Shown here piece after piece: positions 1 through 9,585 of a stretch of DNA of 33,986 nucleotides (positions within the stretch are counted from its first letter, which is position 1; each line of letters starts with the position of its first letter). Both the position numbers and the translations under genes were made by a program. The notes under the pieces were generated by a model, which was not told the DNA's origin, searched no databases, and saw nothing but the letters and a program-made list of their open reading frames with translations. The stretch spans positions 1 through 33,986 of the forward strand of contig JBBIIG010000041.1 in assembly GCA_037446635.1 (NCBI GenBank), given 5' to 3'. Origin of the DNA: a bacterium (GTDB taxonomy: Bacteria > Zhuqueibacterota > Zhuqueibacteria > Oceanimicrobiales > Oceanimicrobiaceae).

Positions 1-263
1 GACACGTCAACTTTGCGAATGAGAGTTTTGAAGGGATCCGCGCTCTTGGTTTCGTCAAGCAGGGAGATGGTGCCCTGCTCCGCCTTGATGGCTTTCACCG
101 AAACCTCCACCACGCGGTTGAGAATTTTCTCCACCGGCATGGTGGAGCTGATGATGTTCGCCAACTGATTGATGGCGCTGAGGTCTTCGACGGTTTTCTT
201 TAAGCGGAGATTTTCTTTCTGAAGATCTGCAATCGCCTGTGAATCTGATGCGTTCTTGCCCAA
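1..263 (-). CDS. GAF-domain signalling protein, N-terminal part (probably SpoIIE/PP2C phosphatase or sensor); runs off the window
   Basis: Not in the ORF track. Manual translation from TTG at 263 (GGAG upstream): MGKNASDSQAIADLQKENLRLKKTVEDLSAINQLANIISSTMPVEKILNRVVEVSVKAIKAEQGTISLLDE..., a coiled coil followed by a typical GAF entry helix. The frame is open to the window edge. Confidence 0.7.
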   Translation of the reverse strand, partial: MGKNASDSQAIADLQKENLRLKKTVEDLSAINQLANIISSTMPVEKILNRVVEVSVKAIKAEQGTISLLDETKSADPFKTLIRKVDV

Positions 264-299
264 CAGAGCCGCTCCCAATTTTAAGATGGAAAGTGATTG

Positions 300-328
300 A
301 AAATAACAAAGGCGCGGGTTATTGTCAA
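300..328 (-). promoter_or_regulatory. sigma70-type promoter for the GAF gene
   Basis: Minus strand TTGACA-17 nt-TATTTT, about 35 nt upstream of the start codon. Confidence 0.55.
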
Positions 329-360
329 TGCCTGCTTTACTTCACCGCACTGCTTTACTT

Positions 361-454
361 CACCGCAAAGTTCGCTAAGAAAACGCAAAAGGCCGCCAGG
401 AAAAAATTTGTTTTTTATTAGCGAACTTTGCGCCTTGCGTTCTTTGCGGTTAAA
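361..454. repeat. Dispersed palindromic/MITE-like element, 'ACCGCAAAG' family, copy 1
   Basis: ACCGCAAAGTTCGCTAAGAAAACGCAAA...TTAGCGAACTTTGCG...CTTTGCGGTT. Related copies at 968-1055, 8197-8439 (inverted) and 17149-17176 (partial). Confidence 0.75.
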
Positions 455-466
455 ACGGGTGATGAA

Positions 467-937
467 TCAATTCAACACGGCGGCGCCGAGGCCTTTGATG
501 CGATAGATGGTCTGCTCGCTCACTTCCGTCGTCGCATCAAGTTCTTCCCCGGATTCTTCCGCTTCATGTTGCTTCATCGCCAGCGCTTGCTCTTTGGTGA
601 GGTGCAACTTTTCAACCACTCCTTGTACCAAAACCTGTTTTCCTTTGAGGCTTTGGGGAAAGACGATCACGTCGTCCTCAACTTTCACCTGAATTTTTTC
701 AGCTGGCGCGTCGCTGTCGATTTCGATCCAGCAGCCCTTGTTTGGGCACACCGCCAGCACTTTTCCCTGCACTAGCACGGTTTGCCCAACATACGATTCC
801 GGCTGCGCCAAAATTTTCGACACCCGAGTTGGTTCCTGCAGGGTGATCTTCTCGCCAAAGTTTTCAGTGATTTTCGGCTCTTGGGTGCAAGCGGTAACGG
901 CGAAAACAACGACGCACATGATGAGTCGTCGTAACAT
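467..937 (-). CDS. DUF4920-family OB-fold lipoprotein
   Basis: Start reassigned to ATG 937 behind AAGGAGG. Lipobox VTAC; motifs 'FGEKIT', 'VCPNKGCW' and 'YRIKGLGA' are typical of DUF4920. Confidence 0.75.
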   Translation of the reverse strand: MLRRLIMCVVVFAVTACTQEPKITENFGEKITLQEPTRVSKILAQPESYVGQTVLVQGKVLAVCPNKGCWIEIDSDAPAEKIQVKVEDDVIVFPQSLKGKQVLVQGVVEKLHLTKEQALAMKQHEAEESGEELDATTEVSEQTIYRIKGLGAAVLN

Positions 938-967
938 GGGATCCTCCTTTCTGGAATTTCCAAATCT

Positions 968-1055
968 ACTGCAAAGTTCGCTTAGAAAACGCAAAGGAGC
1001 GCAGGGAAAAATTGGTTTTAAACACTCTGCGCTCTCGGCGCCCTCTGCGGTTTAA
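968..1055. repeat. 'ACCGCAAAG' family element, copy 2
   Basis: ACTGCAAAGTTCGCTTAGAAAACGCAAAGGAGCGCAGGGAAAAATTGG...CTCTGCGGTTTAA. Confidence 0.7.
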
Positions 1056-1092
1056 GAATGGTTGAAGTTAGTAAAGCGAATCAAATCGCTCC

Positions 1093-4074
1093 TCACTTGA
1101 TCAGGACGGCTTTCCGGAGCAAACGGCGCTGCTGGGCTTCGAGGTGAATAAAATACATTCCGGAGCCGACCGGCTGGTTATTTTGATCGCGGCCGTCCCA
1201 GCGCAGCTTGTTGACGCCCGGCGATTGCTCGGCCTCCACCAGCACGCGAATGCGTTGGCCGCGCAGATTGTAAATCGCCAGCCGCACGAACGCGGCGCTG
1301 GGCAAGGCATATTCGATAGTGGTTTCGGCGTTGAAAGGGTTGGGATAGTTGGGCCGCAGCGCCAGCTCTTTTGGCGGGGCCGCTTCGTCCCCCACCCCAA
1401 CCGACGAGTCGATTCCTTTGCCGGTGAGCTGCACGTCGAGAGGGTTATCGAGCGGATCGTTGTTTTCAAATTGCAAGTTTGCAACCTTGCTGCCGAGGCT
1501 GGTGGGCTTGAAACTCACTTCAACTTTGAGCGAATCGTTGTTGGAGAGATTGAACACGCCGCTGATGTTTTCAATCTTGAACTCGTTGGCGTGCAGCCCG
1601 TTCAGCAAAATGCTTTCGACGGTCAGGGGCAGCGAGCCTTTGTTGGTGAGCAGAAATTGCGCGCCCACCCTGTGGCCCAAACGTATCTCCCCAAAATCGT
1701 GTGACGTCGGCGCCACGGCGATGCGCGGCGCCAACGGGGTCTCGCCATTGACGCAGACCGTCAAATCCTTTTGGGCGATCTCAGCCCAATCGTATAAATG
1801 AAACCGCCGGCCGATCTCATCGTGCGCCGCCAGCAGGCCGTTGGGGTAATTCGGAGATACCGCGATGGCGGTTACATCCAGACCAACGGATTCAATGGGT
1901 GAAGCGCTGCCGTTGAGCAAAGTTATGTTTTTGATGAGCTGGTTTTCACCCTGACGCTCATAGACTTTGATGGCGCTGCTGCCCGGGCTGGACACCAGAA
2001 GATAGCCGGCGCCATCGTTGCAGGAGTAGATAGCCATGCCCTCGAACTCCGGCGTCAGCACATCCGTGGCGGGAACAAAGGCAATAGGATCATTTCCCAA
2101 TTCCGCCTCGGTGAAATATTTGTGGAAGCCCTCGTTGGCTTCGGAGACGTAAAGGTAGCCGGACTCGTCGTCGGCCGCCATGCCGTCAACGGTGTCGCCA
2201 AAGTAATTTAACTCGCGTTGTAAATCCACCAAGATCACGCCGCCGAAGCCGTCGTCCAAAATTTCATACTGGCGAATATGCACGTTATTTTTCGGACTCT
2301 CAAACAAAAAGAGGGCGCCGTCGAAAGGGCGCTGATACAAACAGAATCCCCAGGTATTTCGTTGCAGGTCGTTGTGGAGACTTTCACGGCCGGCCACTTG
2401 AATCAACACTTCGGTGGTGTAATTGGGGTTGATTTTGAACACCGCCAATTTTTCAACGTCGCGAAGATTCACCGCCGCGATGTCAACCGTCTCCCCGCCC
2501 AGCGGCACGTTGTACCGCACATCGATAAACTTGGCGGTGGCGTTCTGCGGCAGGCGCTGCAGCTCGACGCCGTTCAAATCCCAGACAACCACGCCGCCCC
2601 CGGAAGAACGATAGGTGCCGATGACCACGCTGCGAGATAGATCGGTGGGATGAATCCAAAAGGCGACGTCCTCGGCATCGCCCGGGGCAGCGCTGGTGCT
2701 AACTTTGGGCAGCGCCGTCACGCTGCTCACGCTTTGGCCAAAGACGGCGGTAAGGTTTTTGAAGCCGGTGATATTAAACGTCAACGGATTGTCAGTGCTC
2801 ACGATATCCCCCTTCCAACCGACAAACATCCATTCGGGATCGGGAATGGCGGTGAGCTGCACCGGCGTCCCGGAGACATACGAAACACCCGGCGGTTGAA
2901 TATCCACAAAGCCGGCGCCGATGATGTTGACCTTGATCGCCAGCGGCGCGGCGATGAATCCGCCGTGCGTCCAATCGGTCCAGCCCACCTGCTTGCCGAA
3001 GCCCACCGGCGCGCCGTTCCAAAAATGCGTGGCATAAACCGAGTCCACCAGCGGGAGAATCCAGATGTCGTCGCCCTCGGCCGGGGCGTCCCCGCGAGTG
3101 GGATCGTGCTGCCAGGAGATGGCGCGCAGAATCGCCTGGTCGCTCCAGTTCCAGGCGTCGTAACCGGCGCGGGAGAGCAGATAGGCCTGGCCCACCGCGC
3201 CCTGCAAACCGCCCCAAACGTGGGTATCGGAGCGCGGCGGCCAGCGGCTCTGATTTTGCGGGCAGCCGGCGCGCCGCTGATCGTCTGGCTGCACGCCGTC
3301 AACGTCCCGCTCTTCGCCCGCCACGGTCATACGCGCGCCTTTGGGGTTGATGCCAACGGGATTGTTAAGATCCACCTGCCAGCACAAGTTGCCCCAGTTG
3401 AATCCTTTGTAGGCGGAGCTGTCGCCCAACCACCCTTTGAACACGGCGGCGGCGCGCTGCAAATCATCCGGCTTGTCGAGGTAGAGCGCTGCAGCAATGC
3501 GCGCCACCCCGGCTTGGGTGCCGTGATTGTTGCCGCGGATTTCGTGCTTCTCCACTTGCGTGGCGTCGTCCAATTTTAGTTCGTACACCACGAACTGCAG
3601 CCACTCGCGAAAGGCGGCGTCGATGGCGGGCGCGAAATTTTTTAGATCGATGAGATCGGCGGCGATGATGTAACCGGGCAGGCTGCGCGTCAGGGAGAGG
3701 GAATTGCCATCTTCTTCGATGCGGTTGGCCACCGCGCGGGCAATGTTATCGGCGACGATCTGGCGGCGGGCATTGTCGTTCAGCCGCGTCGCGACTAACG
3801 CGGCTGCCATCACATAAACATCGTGAATGCTGCCGTGACCGCCCGTGGCGTCAATGAGATTCACCATGTCCGCAGCGGCCAGCATGCGATTCCAGGCCTC
3901 GCCGCTGTCGGGGCGGGTCGCCAGTTCTTCCGCGCTGATCCAAATGTTTTTGCTCTGCGCCAACGCCGCCGTAGTCAAGGCGGCAAAAATCAAAAATGTT
4001 ATGAGATGAGTTAGGTTGAAAAAAACGCGATTGATGTTATCCTCCAGAATTTTGAACCGTACACATTCGATCAT
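1093..4074 (-). CDS. Secreted multidomain protein: alginate-lyase-like domain + InlB-B-like repeat + divergent beta-propeller phytase domain + choice-of-anchor D (ASH) + FlgD-Ig/T9SS-like CTD
   Basis: 993 aa with a signal-like N-terminus. 'NNHGT...RIAAALYL' lyase-type motif; 'YVSGTPVQLTAIPDPEWMFVGWKGD' repeat; 'FWIHPTDLSRSVVIGT' and 'GFCLY' phytase motifs; 'NYPNPFN' tail. Its ATG overlaps the upstream gene's TGA (ATGA at 4071-4074). Confidence 0.8.
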   Translation of the reverse strand: MIECVRFKILEDNINRVFFNLTHLITFLIFAALTTAALAQSKNIWISAEELATRPDSGEAWNRMLAAADMVNLIDATGGHGSIHDVYVMAAALVATRLNDNARRQIVADNIARAVANRIEEDGNSLSLTRSLPGYIIAADLIDLKNFAPAIDAAFREWLQFVVYELKLDDATQVEKHEIRGNNHGTQAGVARIAAALYLDKPDDLQRAAAVFKGWLGDSSAYKGFNWGNLCWQVDLNNPVGINPKGARMTVAGEERDVDGVQPDDQRRAGCPQNQSRWPPRSDTHVWGGLQGAVGQAYLLSRAGYDAWNWSDQAILRAISWQHDPTRGDAPAEGDDIWILPLVDSVYATHFWNGAPVGFGKQVGWTDWTHGGFIAAPLAIKVNIIGAGFVDIQPPGVSYVSGTPVQLTAIPDPEWMFVGWKGDIVSTDNPLTFNITGFKNLTAVFGQSVSSVTALPKVSTSAAPGDAEDVAFWIHPTDLSRSVVIGTYRSSGGGVVVWDLNGVELQRLPQNATAKFIDVRYNVPLGGETVDIAAVNLRDVEKLAVFKINPNYTTEVLIQVAGRESLHNDLQRNTWGFCLYQRPFDGALFLFESPKNNVHIRQYEILDDGFGGVILVDLQRELNYFGDTVDGMAADDESGYLYVSEANEGFHKYFTEAELGNDPIAFVPATDVLTPEFEGMAIYSCNDGAGYLLVSSPGSSAIKVYERQGENQLIKNITLLNGSASPIESVGLDVTAIAVSPNYPNGLLAAHDEIGRRFHLYDWAEIAQKDLTVCVNGETPLAPRIAVAPTSHDFGEIRLGHRVGAQFLLTNKGSLPLTVESILLNGLHANEFKIENISGVFNLSNNDSLKVEVSFKPTSLGSKVANLQFENNDPLDNPLDVQLTGKGIDSSVGVGDEAAPPKELALRPNYPNPFNAETTIEYALPSAAFVRLAIYNLRGQRIRVLVEAEQSPGVNKLRWDGRDQNNQPVGSGMYFIHLEAQQRRLLRKAVLIK

Positions 4075-7000
4075 TTCAGCAGCGTGATCTTGCGCACCAA
4101 TCGTTGGCTGCCGGCTTGCCCGCGCAGCGAATCGCTTCCTATCAAAATAATATAATAAATCCCGGATCCAACGTCAACGCCGCGCCCATCGCGGCCGTCC
4201 CAGCGCACTTTTTTGAAGCCCGCGGTTTCCATCTCATCCACCAAAATCCGAATGGGCTGGCCGAGCAAATTGTAGATCACCAGCCTTACCGCTGCGGGTT
4301 GCGGCAGCGCGTATTCGATCACGGCCTCGGCGTTGAAGGGATTCGGATACACCGGTTTGAGCACGATGCGATCCGGCAGCACCGGCGGTTCATCAACTAC
4401 TGAAACCGGGTCGGTTATCGCCGAACCCGATAGCGCCACCTCTAGCGAATCGTTTTGCGGATCGCTGCTGACAATCAGCACCGCGCCGTTTTTGGCGCCG
4501 AGCGTGATGGGCCGGAACGCCACGCCAAGCAAAATCGAATCCAGCGGCGCCAGCGTCACGGGCGCCGCGAGGGTATCGATTTGGAATTCCTGCGCAGGCA
4601 GGCCGGCGAGCAGCGAGATCTCGATCACAGATAAAACTGCGTCGCCGAGATTGCGGATGACGAGTTGAGCCTGGGCGGAGTCGCCGACCACCACTTCGCC
4701 AAAGTCAATCGTTGGCGGCGCTATGGAAATTTGCGGTCGGCTGGCCTCAAACGCCGCACCGGAGAGATGGATTTCCAGCAGCGGATTTTCACCGTCGTTG
4801 CTGGCCACCTGCAGGATAGAATTTTTTACTCCGGCGGAAATTGGAACAAAGGCCACCGTCAAAGAACTCGAATCACCGGGCGCAATGGCGACAGGAGCCG
4901 GCGCGCTCTGGAGATGAAATTCATCGCTGGTGGTCAACGAGAGGTCGGACACAATTAATTCCGCGGCGCCGGTATTTTTAATCACAAACGCTGCGACCGC
5001 CGAATCGCCAATCGCCAGCTCGCCAAATTCGTACGCGGTTGGCGAAACCGAAATCTGCGGCTGTTGAATCACGCAGATGGCGAGATGATCCTCGGCGATT
5101 TCCGCCCAATCATACAAATGAAATTGCCGGTCTCTCTGCTCGTGCGCCACCAAAAATCCGTTGGGGAAGTGAGGCGGCGCCGCAAACGCGGTCACGTCCA
5201 GGCCGTCGGTGCCGAGGCCGGGGTTTCCCAATTCGTCCAGCGGTAAAATCGTTTTCAGAAAACGGTTGTTGCCCTGGCGCTCGAAAATTTTAAACGTGTC
5301 GTTGCCCTGGCTTGAAAGCACGAGATACCCGCCGCCGTCCGCGCAGGCGTACAGCGCCAGCCCCTCGCGATCGTCCGCGGTGCCATCGCCTTCCCCGAAG
5401 ACGGCGATCTGATCGACGGCAGCGTGGGGGGCGGCAAAATATTTATGAATGCCGTGGGTTTCTTCGGTGATGTAAACAAAGCCCAACTGGTCATCGGCCA
5501 CGAAGCCCTCGGCGACGCCGCCGCTATAATTCAAATCGCGCACTGGCGCAACCAGCACTTCGCCGCTGGAGTCTGGCGCGACGCGATACTGGCGAACCAC
5601 GCCGCCGCTTTTGGGCCGCTCGAAAACGTAGAGGGCGCTGTCGGCCGGATGTTTGTACAAACAAAAGCCGTAGCTGTCATTTTGAATGTTATTATTTTGG
5701 CTGGTCGCGCCGGCCAATTGCATGAGCACGTCCGCGCCGGTGTAATCCGGGTTGACTTTGAACACCGCCAATTTGCCGGCGTCGCGCAGGTTAGCGGCGA
5801 CGATATCCGCAACCGCGCTGCCCCACCGCACATTTTGCCGGACATCGACGTTGTTCACATCCGTGCCCTGCGGCAAATGCTGCAGCAAAGTTCCGCTCAA
5901 ATCCCAAACGAAAATGCCCGCGCTTTTGTCGGTGCCGATGATGACGCTGCGCGACGGGGCGGTGGGATGAATCCAGATCGCCGGGTCGTCGGCGTTGGAG
6001 GGCGTCGAAGTGGTGGTGACTTTGGGCTGCACGGTGACCTGCGGAAACTCGGTTGTCCCAACGCCAGTAACCGCGATGGTCAGCAGATTTTCATCGGCAT
6101 CGTTGCTCACTAAACGCACGTGCGCCTGCTTTAAACCCAACGATAACGGCTTGAAGCGAACGGCCATAATTTGAGAGGAGTCGGTTGGCAAAATCAGCGG
6201 CGAACTGAGCGAATCCATTTTGAAATGGAGGGCGTCGCCGCCGGCAATGGAAATTTCCGTGATCTGCAAATCTTCCTGGCCGAGATTTTTGATTTCAAAA
6301 TGAGCGGCCAAACTGTCGCCGACCCAAACCTCGCCAAAATCGATCTGTTGCGGTGAGGCCGAAATATCCGCCACCGGCGGCAGGGTCGCGGCGGCTTCAA
6401 AAAACACCGTATCGGCGACCCCCGCGGAGGTCGCAGCGACGCGCACGACGCCGGCGGAATCGCCCAAGGTGAGCGTTGTGGAAGCAAAACCGTTGGGGTC
6501 GCTTAATTGCTGGGTATTCGAAAGCTGGCCCTCGCCGGCGATTATCGTGAAATCCACGGCCGCGCCGGGCAGCGGCTGGCCACCCGCGTCCTGGGCCTGC
6601 ACTACGAACGGTTCGGGCAAAGCCGTTCCCACCAAACCCACTTGCTGATCCCCAGAAACCAGGGTTAGCCGCGCCGCGCTGCCGCCGCTTTTGATGATGG
6701 TGAAGTAATCGAGTATGGCGCCAGTGCTGGTGATAAACGTGGCGTCGAGGCGGGCGCCGTCAATATCCAGCGCCAAGGAGCCGAGGGTTTTAAACGACAC
6801 AAACATCACCGGGTGATCGAGGGGGCCGGAGCTAACCTTGCCGGAGCTGCCAGCCACGACATAAACGGCGCCGGCGTTGGGGTCGTCACCCGTGACAAGT
6901 TTTGAGTACACACCATCGCCGTCGCTGCGGCCGTCGCCGCCGTCCAAAATCATCGTCTCCGTTAGCGTGGAGGATTTGCCGTAGTGGCCCTTTAACATAA

Positions 7001-8009
7001 AGGAACGTTCATAAGAATGACTGTGCCCACACAGTACCAAATCGACGCCGTAGCTTTCGAGGAGCGGCAGCGCGCGCTCGCGCATCTGAATCAGCGCGTT
7101 CTCGGAGTCGGAGTCGTGGGAGCCTTTGCTGTACGGCGGATGGTGCCAAAATGCGATGGTCCAGAATTTGTCGTTGGCGGCGAGATCGGCTTCCAGCCAG
7201 CTCCACATGGGGCTGTCCGTCCGCCGCAGCTCGCTGGAGGTAGATTCGAGGCAGATGAAATGGATGGCGCCGTAATCAAAAGAATAGTAGGCTTCGGTGC
7301 CGGAGGGCAGCCCGCCGGCCTCGCCGGCGGTGGGCATAGTGAAGATGCGATAATAATCGCCGCCGTCGGTCCAGTCGCCAAATTCATCGCGCGGCCCGCG
7401 ATCGTGATTACCGCGTGTGGGCCACAGCACGGATTTGCGCAGCATCTCCGGGTACATATCGAACACCGCGGCCTGGTATTCTTCATCCAAACCGCTGTCG
7501 TAGGCGTTGTCGCCTAACATCAGCCAAAGGTCGGTGTGGCGGACGCCAGTGAAATTATAATACGCGTCGCGAACCGCGCGGGCGTTGTCGTTTTTGGTGC
7601 CGGAGTCACCAAGAATCCAGATGCGCGTGGGTTTGCCCGCGGCGGGCGAGGTTACAAAAAAATAGCTGGAGTCGCCCACGAACTCGGACGAGGTTTGAAA
7701 CCCTGTCAGGATGGAAGTAGCTGGCCCAATAGCGTAATAGTATTTGGTATCCGGCATCAAGCCCGCCAGCCGTACCTCGTGCTCGGTGGTGAGATTAGTG
7801 TCTTCAACAGCGAATTCGAGACGCTCCGGACTGAACCCGAATTGCACACGAGTGCTGCTGGCGATATCGGTGCGCCATTTCACCACCACGCTGGTGGGCG
7901 TCCCAATTTGCAGATACGGCCCGCGTGTAACCGTCTGAGCTAAAACTCCTCCCAAACTCACCGAAATGGCCGCAGTAAGAGTTAGTACAACGATTGGCTT
8001 TAGCATCAT
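4071..8009 (-). CDS. Secreted purple acid phosphatase (FN3 + metallophosphoesterase) fused to Big_1, beta-propeller 3-phytase, three ASH domains and a FlgD-Ig/T9SS-like CTD
   Basis: 1312 aa with signal peptide. All five PAP motifs are present (GDSG, GDNAY, GNHD, WHHP, GHSH). Intact phytase motifs: NADDPAIWIHP, IGTDK, NNVDVR, YGFCLY, EGFVADD, DREGLALY, SSQGN, TDGLDV. Confidence 0.88.
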   Translation of the reverse strand: MMLKPIVVLTLTAAISVSLGGVLAQTVTRGPYLQIGTPTSVVVKWRTDIASSTRVQFGFSPERLEFAVEDTNLTTEHEVRLAGLMPDTKYYYAIGPATSILTGFQTSSEFVGDSSYFFVTSPAAGKPTRIWILGDSGTKNDNARAVRDAYYNFTGVRHTDLWLMLGDNAYDSGLDEEYQAAVFDMYPEMLRKSVLWPTRGNHDRGPRDEFGDWTDGGDYYRIFTMPTAGEAGGLPSGTEAYYSFDYGAIHFICLESTSSELRRTDSPMWSWLEADLAANDKFWTIAFWHHPPYSKGSHDSDSENALIQMRERALPLLESYGVDLVLCGHSHSYERSFMLKGHYGKSSTLTETMILDGGDGRSDGDGVYSKLVTGDDPNAGAVYVVAGSSGKVSSGPLDHPVMFVSFKTLGSLALDIDGARLDATFITSTGAILDYFTIIKSGGSAARLTLVSGDQQVGLVGTALPEPFVVQAQDAGGQPLPGAAVDFTIIAGEGQLSNTQQLSDPNGFASTTLTLGDSAGVVRVAATSAGVADTVFFEAAATLPPVADISASPQQIDFGEVWVGDSLAAHFEIKNLGQEDLQITEISIAGGDALHFKMDSLSSPLILPTDSSQIMAVRFKPLSLGLKQAHVRLVSNDADENLLTIAVTGVGTTEFPQVTVQPKVTTTSTPSNADDPAIWIHPTAPSRSVIIGTDKSAGIFVWDLSGTLLQHLPQGTDVNNVDVRQNVRWGSAVADIVAANLRDAGKLAVFKVNPDYTGADVLMQLAGATSQNNNIQNDSYGFCLYKHPADSALYVFERPKSGGVVRQYRVAPDSSGEVLVAPVRDLNYSGGVAEGFVADDQLGFVYITEETHGIHKYFAAPHAAVDQIAVFGEGDGTADDREGLALYACADGGGYLVLSSQGNDTFKIFERQGNNRFLKTILPLDELGNPGLGTDGLDVTAFAAPPHFPNGFLVAHEQRDRQFHLYDWAEIAEDHLAICVIQQPQISVSPTAYEFGELAIGDSAVAAFVIKNTGAAELIVSDLSLTTSDEFHLQSAPAPVAIAPGDSSSLTVAFVPISAGVKNSILQVASNDGENPLLEIHLSGAAFEASRPQISIAPPTIDFGEVVVGDSAQAQLVIRNLGDAVLSVIEISLLAGLPAQEFQIDTLAAPVTLAPLDSILLGVAFRPITLGAKNGAVLIVSSDPQNDSLEVALSGSAITDPVSVVDEPPVLPDRIVLKPVYPNPFNAEAVIEYALPQPAAVRLVIYNLLGQPIRILVDEMETAGFKKVRWDGRDGRGVDVGSGIYYIILIGSDSLRGQAGSQRLVRKITLLK

Positions 8010-8196
8010 AATGCACCTGAAACTTTTTATGATTATGATAATGAGTTTTCGAGAGCGGGGATGGGCTGTCCGTTACTCATTTCCCCCCGTCGAGCTGATT
8101 AAAAAAATCACCTTATAAATACCGGCAAATTGCAAATAATCAGGAAAAAAATTGGCTTAAAAAGGGATGGGCAAAAAAGCCGCGGCCGCAATGTTC

Positions 8197-8439
8197 TTTA
8201 ACCGCAAAGAACGAAAGCTGTCGCAAAGGTCGCTAATAAAACACTGAATGACATCGAAACCACCGAAGAGCCGCTTTTTTTGGGGGGGGTGAACGGTGAG
8301 CTAGTGGCGCCTTTTTATTCCTAAAAAATTTTTCAGCGACCTTCGGGGTCCAAATTTCATTGACCTGTACAACTATTCTTTAGATGAGCCAATTTTTTCC
8401 TTGCGTCCTTTGCGTTTTCTTAGCGAACTTTGCGGTTGA
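8197..8439. repeat. 'ACCGCAAAG' family element, long inverted copy with about 150 bp of internal sequence
   Basis: 8197-8240 is the reverse complement of copy 1's right end, and 8388-8439 is the reverse complement of its left end. Confidence 0.7.
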
Positions 8440-8463
8440 CTTGGTTGCCGTTCTGTGAATTAA

Positions 8464-9585
8464 TCAGCCGAAATGAATTTCCAGTGAAGTGTTCAAAAAT
8501 GTTTCTAAACTGGCGGCTTCTTTTTCTAACTCACGGCGAACTTTTCTGGGGACGATTTCGAACTGATCGATCTTCAAAATCGATTTGCGTCCCTGCCGCC
8601 GCAGAAACCAGACGCCAACAATTCGCCCGTTGAGCAAAATCACTGGCGAAATCCAGCCCTGGCTGCGATAGACCCGCTTGTAGTGGACGGCGTCCACCAG
8701 ATGCTGTTTGTCGGCATGCCCCAGCAGAAAGGGATCGAACGCCGGCAGCAACCGCAGCACGGGTTCGGCCGGATCAAAATTAGCGAGTTCATTAAAATCT
8801 TCGCGCAAAACAAACGCGCTTTTTCCCTCCACCTGGACTTCGAGCACTTCACTCGATAACGATTCCCAAACGGGTTTCGCCTCTTTCATCTGCAAGCCCG
8901 ACCAGCGAGAAAAGTCCGGCGGCGTCGCCGGCGCGTACGCCCGCAAATAGCGCCGCAGCAGGATGGGTTTCGCCTCATTTTCAGCAACTGGTTTTTGATT
9001 CGGCAGCCAGCGATCAACCCGGACGAAAGTGGGTTTTCTGCCGCTCTCCGGCCCGTAACAGATGAGCCCTTCCACCAGAGCCGAGCGAAAGATTTGAATA
9101 CTCCACGCGATCTCCGCCCATTTGTGGACGCGCTTGCCGGCTTGGGGTTTAATGCGGTGCAGCAACTCCGGCTGGGTCATCGGCCCGGCGCGCAGGGCCT
9201 CCACGATCAAATTATTCAACTCCGCTATCTCTTTGGGAGTCAAGCCGGCGTACTTGGACATGTTGCGCAGCAGCGCCTGCGTGCGGCTGCGATTGAGCGC
9301 CGCGATGTAAATCGAAAAGTCCTCCGCTGAAATCACGTGCAGCGTTTGCCGCATCAACGAAGTTTTGACCAGAGCCCGGGTTTGCCACAACGCGGCGTGG
9401 ACCTCGGCGCGTGTAAGCCGGTGATTCCGCGCCCACAATTGCAGCTCCGCGGCGGAGAGGAGCTGCGCTTGCGCGCCGCAGATGTCTCGGCACACCGTGG
9501 CTATATTCGGTTGCTGGTCATCGGCCAAATGGTGGCGAGAGAGACGGAAGGCCGAGGCATAGGATTGCTTAAATGCGGGAGTCAA
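8464..9585 (-). CDS. AlkZ-like HTH_42 winged-helix DNA glycosylase (crosslink repair family)
   Basis: 373 aa. QxQ catalytic motif (GAQAQ), 'LMRQTLH', 'RRYLRAYAPAT..DF.RWSGL', 'LLPAFDPFLLGH' and 'GRIVGVW'. TTG start. Confidence 0.85.
   Translation of the reverse strand: MTPAFKQSYASAFRLSRHHLADDQQPNIATVCRDICGAQAQLLSAAELQLWARNHRLTRAEVHAALWQTRALVKTSLMRQTLHVISAEDFSIYIAALNRSRTQALLRNMSKYAGLTPKEIAELNNLIVEALRAGPMTQPELLHRIKPQAGKRVHKWAEIAWSIQIFRSALVEGLICYGPESGRKPTFVRVDRWLPNQKPVAENEAKPILLRRYLRAYAPATPPDFSRWSGLQMKEAKPVWESLSSEVLEVQVEGKSAFVLREDFNELANFDPAEPVLRLLPAFDPFLLGHADKQHLVDAVHYKRVYRSQGWISPVILLNGRIVGVWFLRRQGRKSILKIDQFEIVPRKVRRELEKEAASLETFLNTSLEIHFG

Noticed and set aside
55..309. 84-aa minus-strand ORF from the track
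   Set aside because: It is the wrong frame. The overlapping frame from TTG 263 gives a coherent GAF-type protein with an RBS and promoter.
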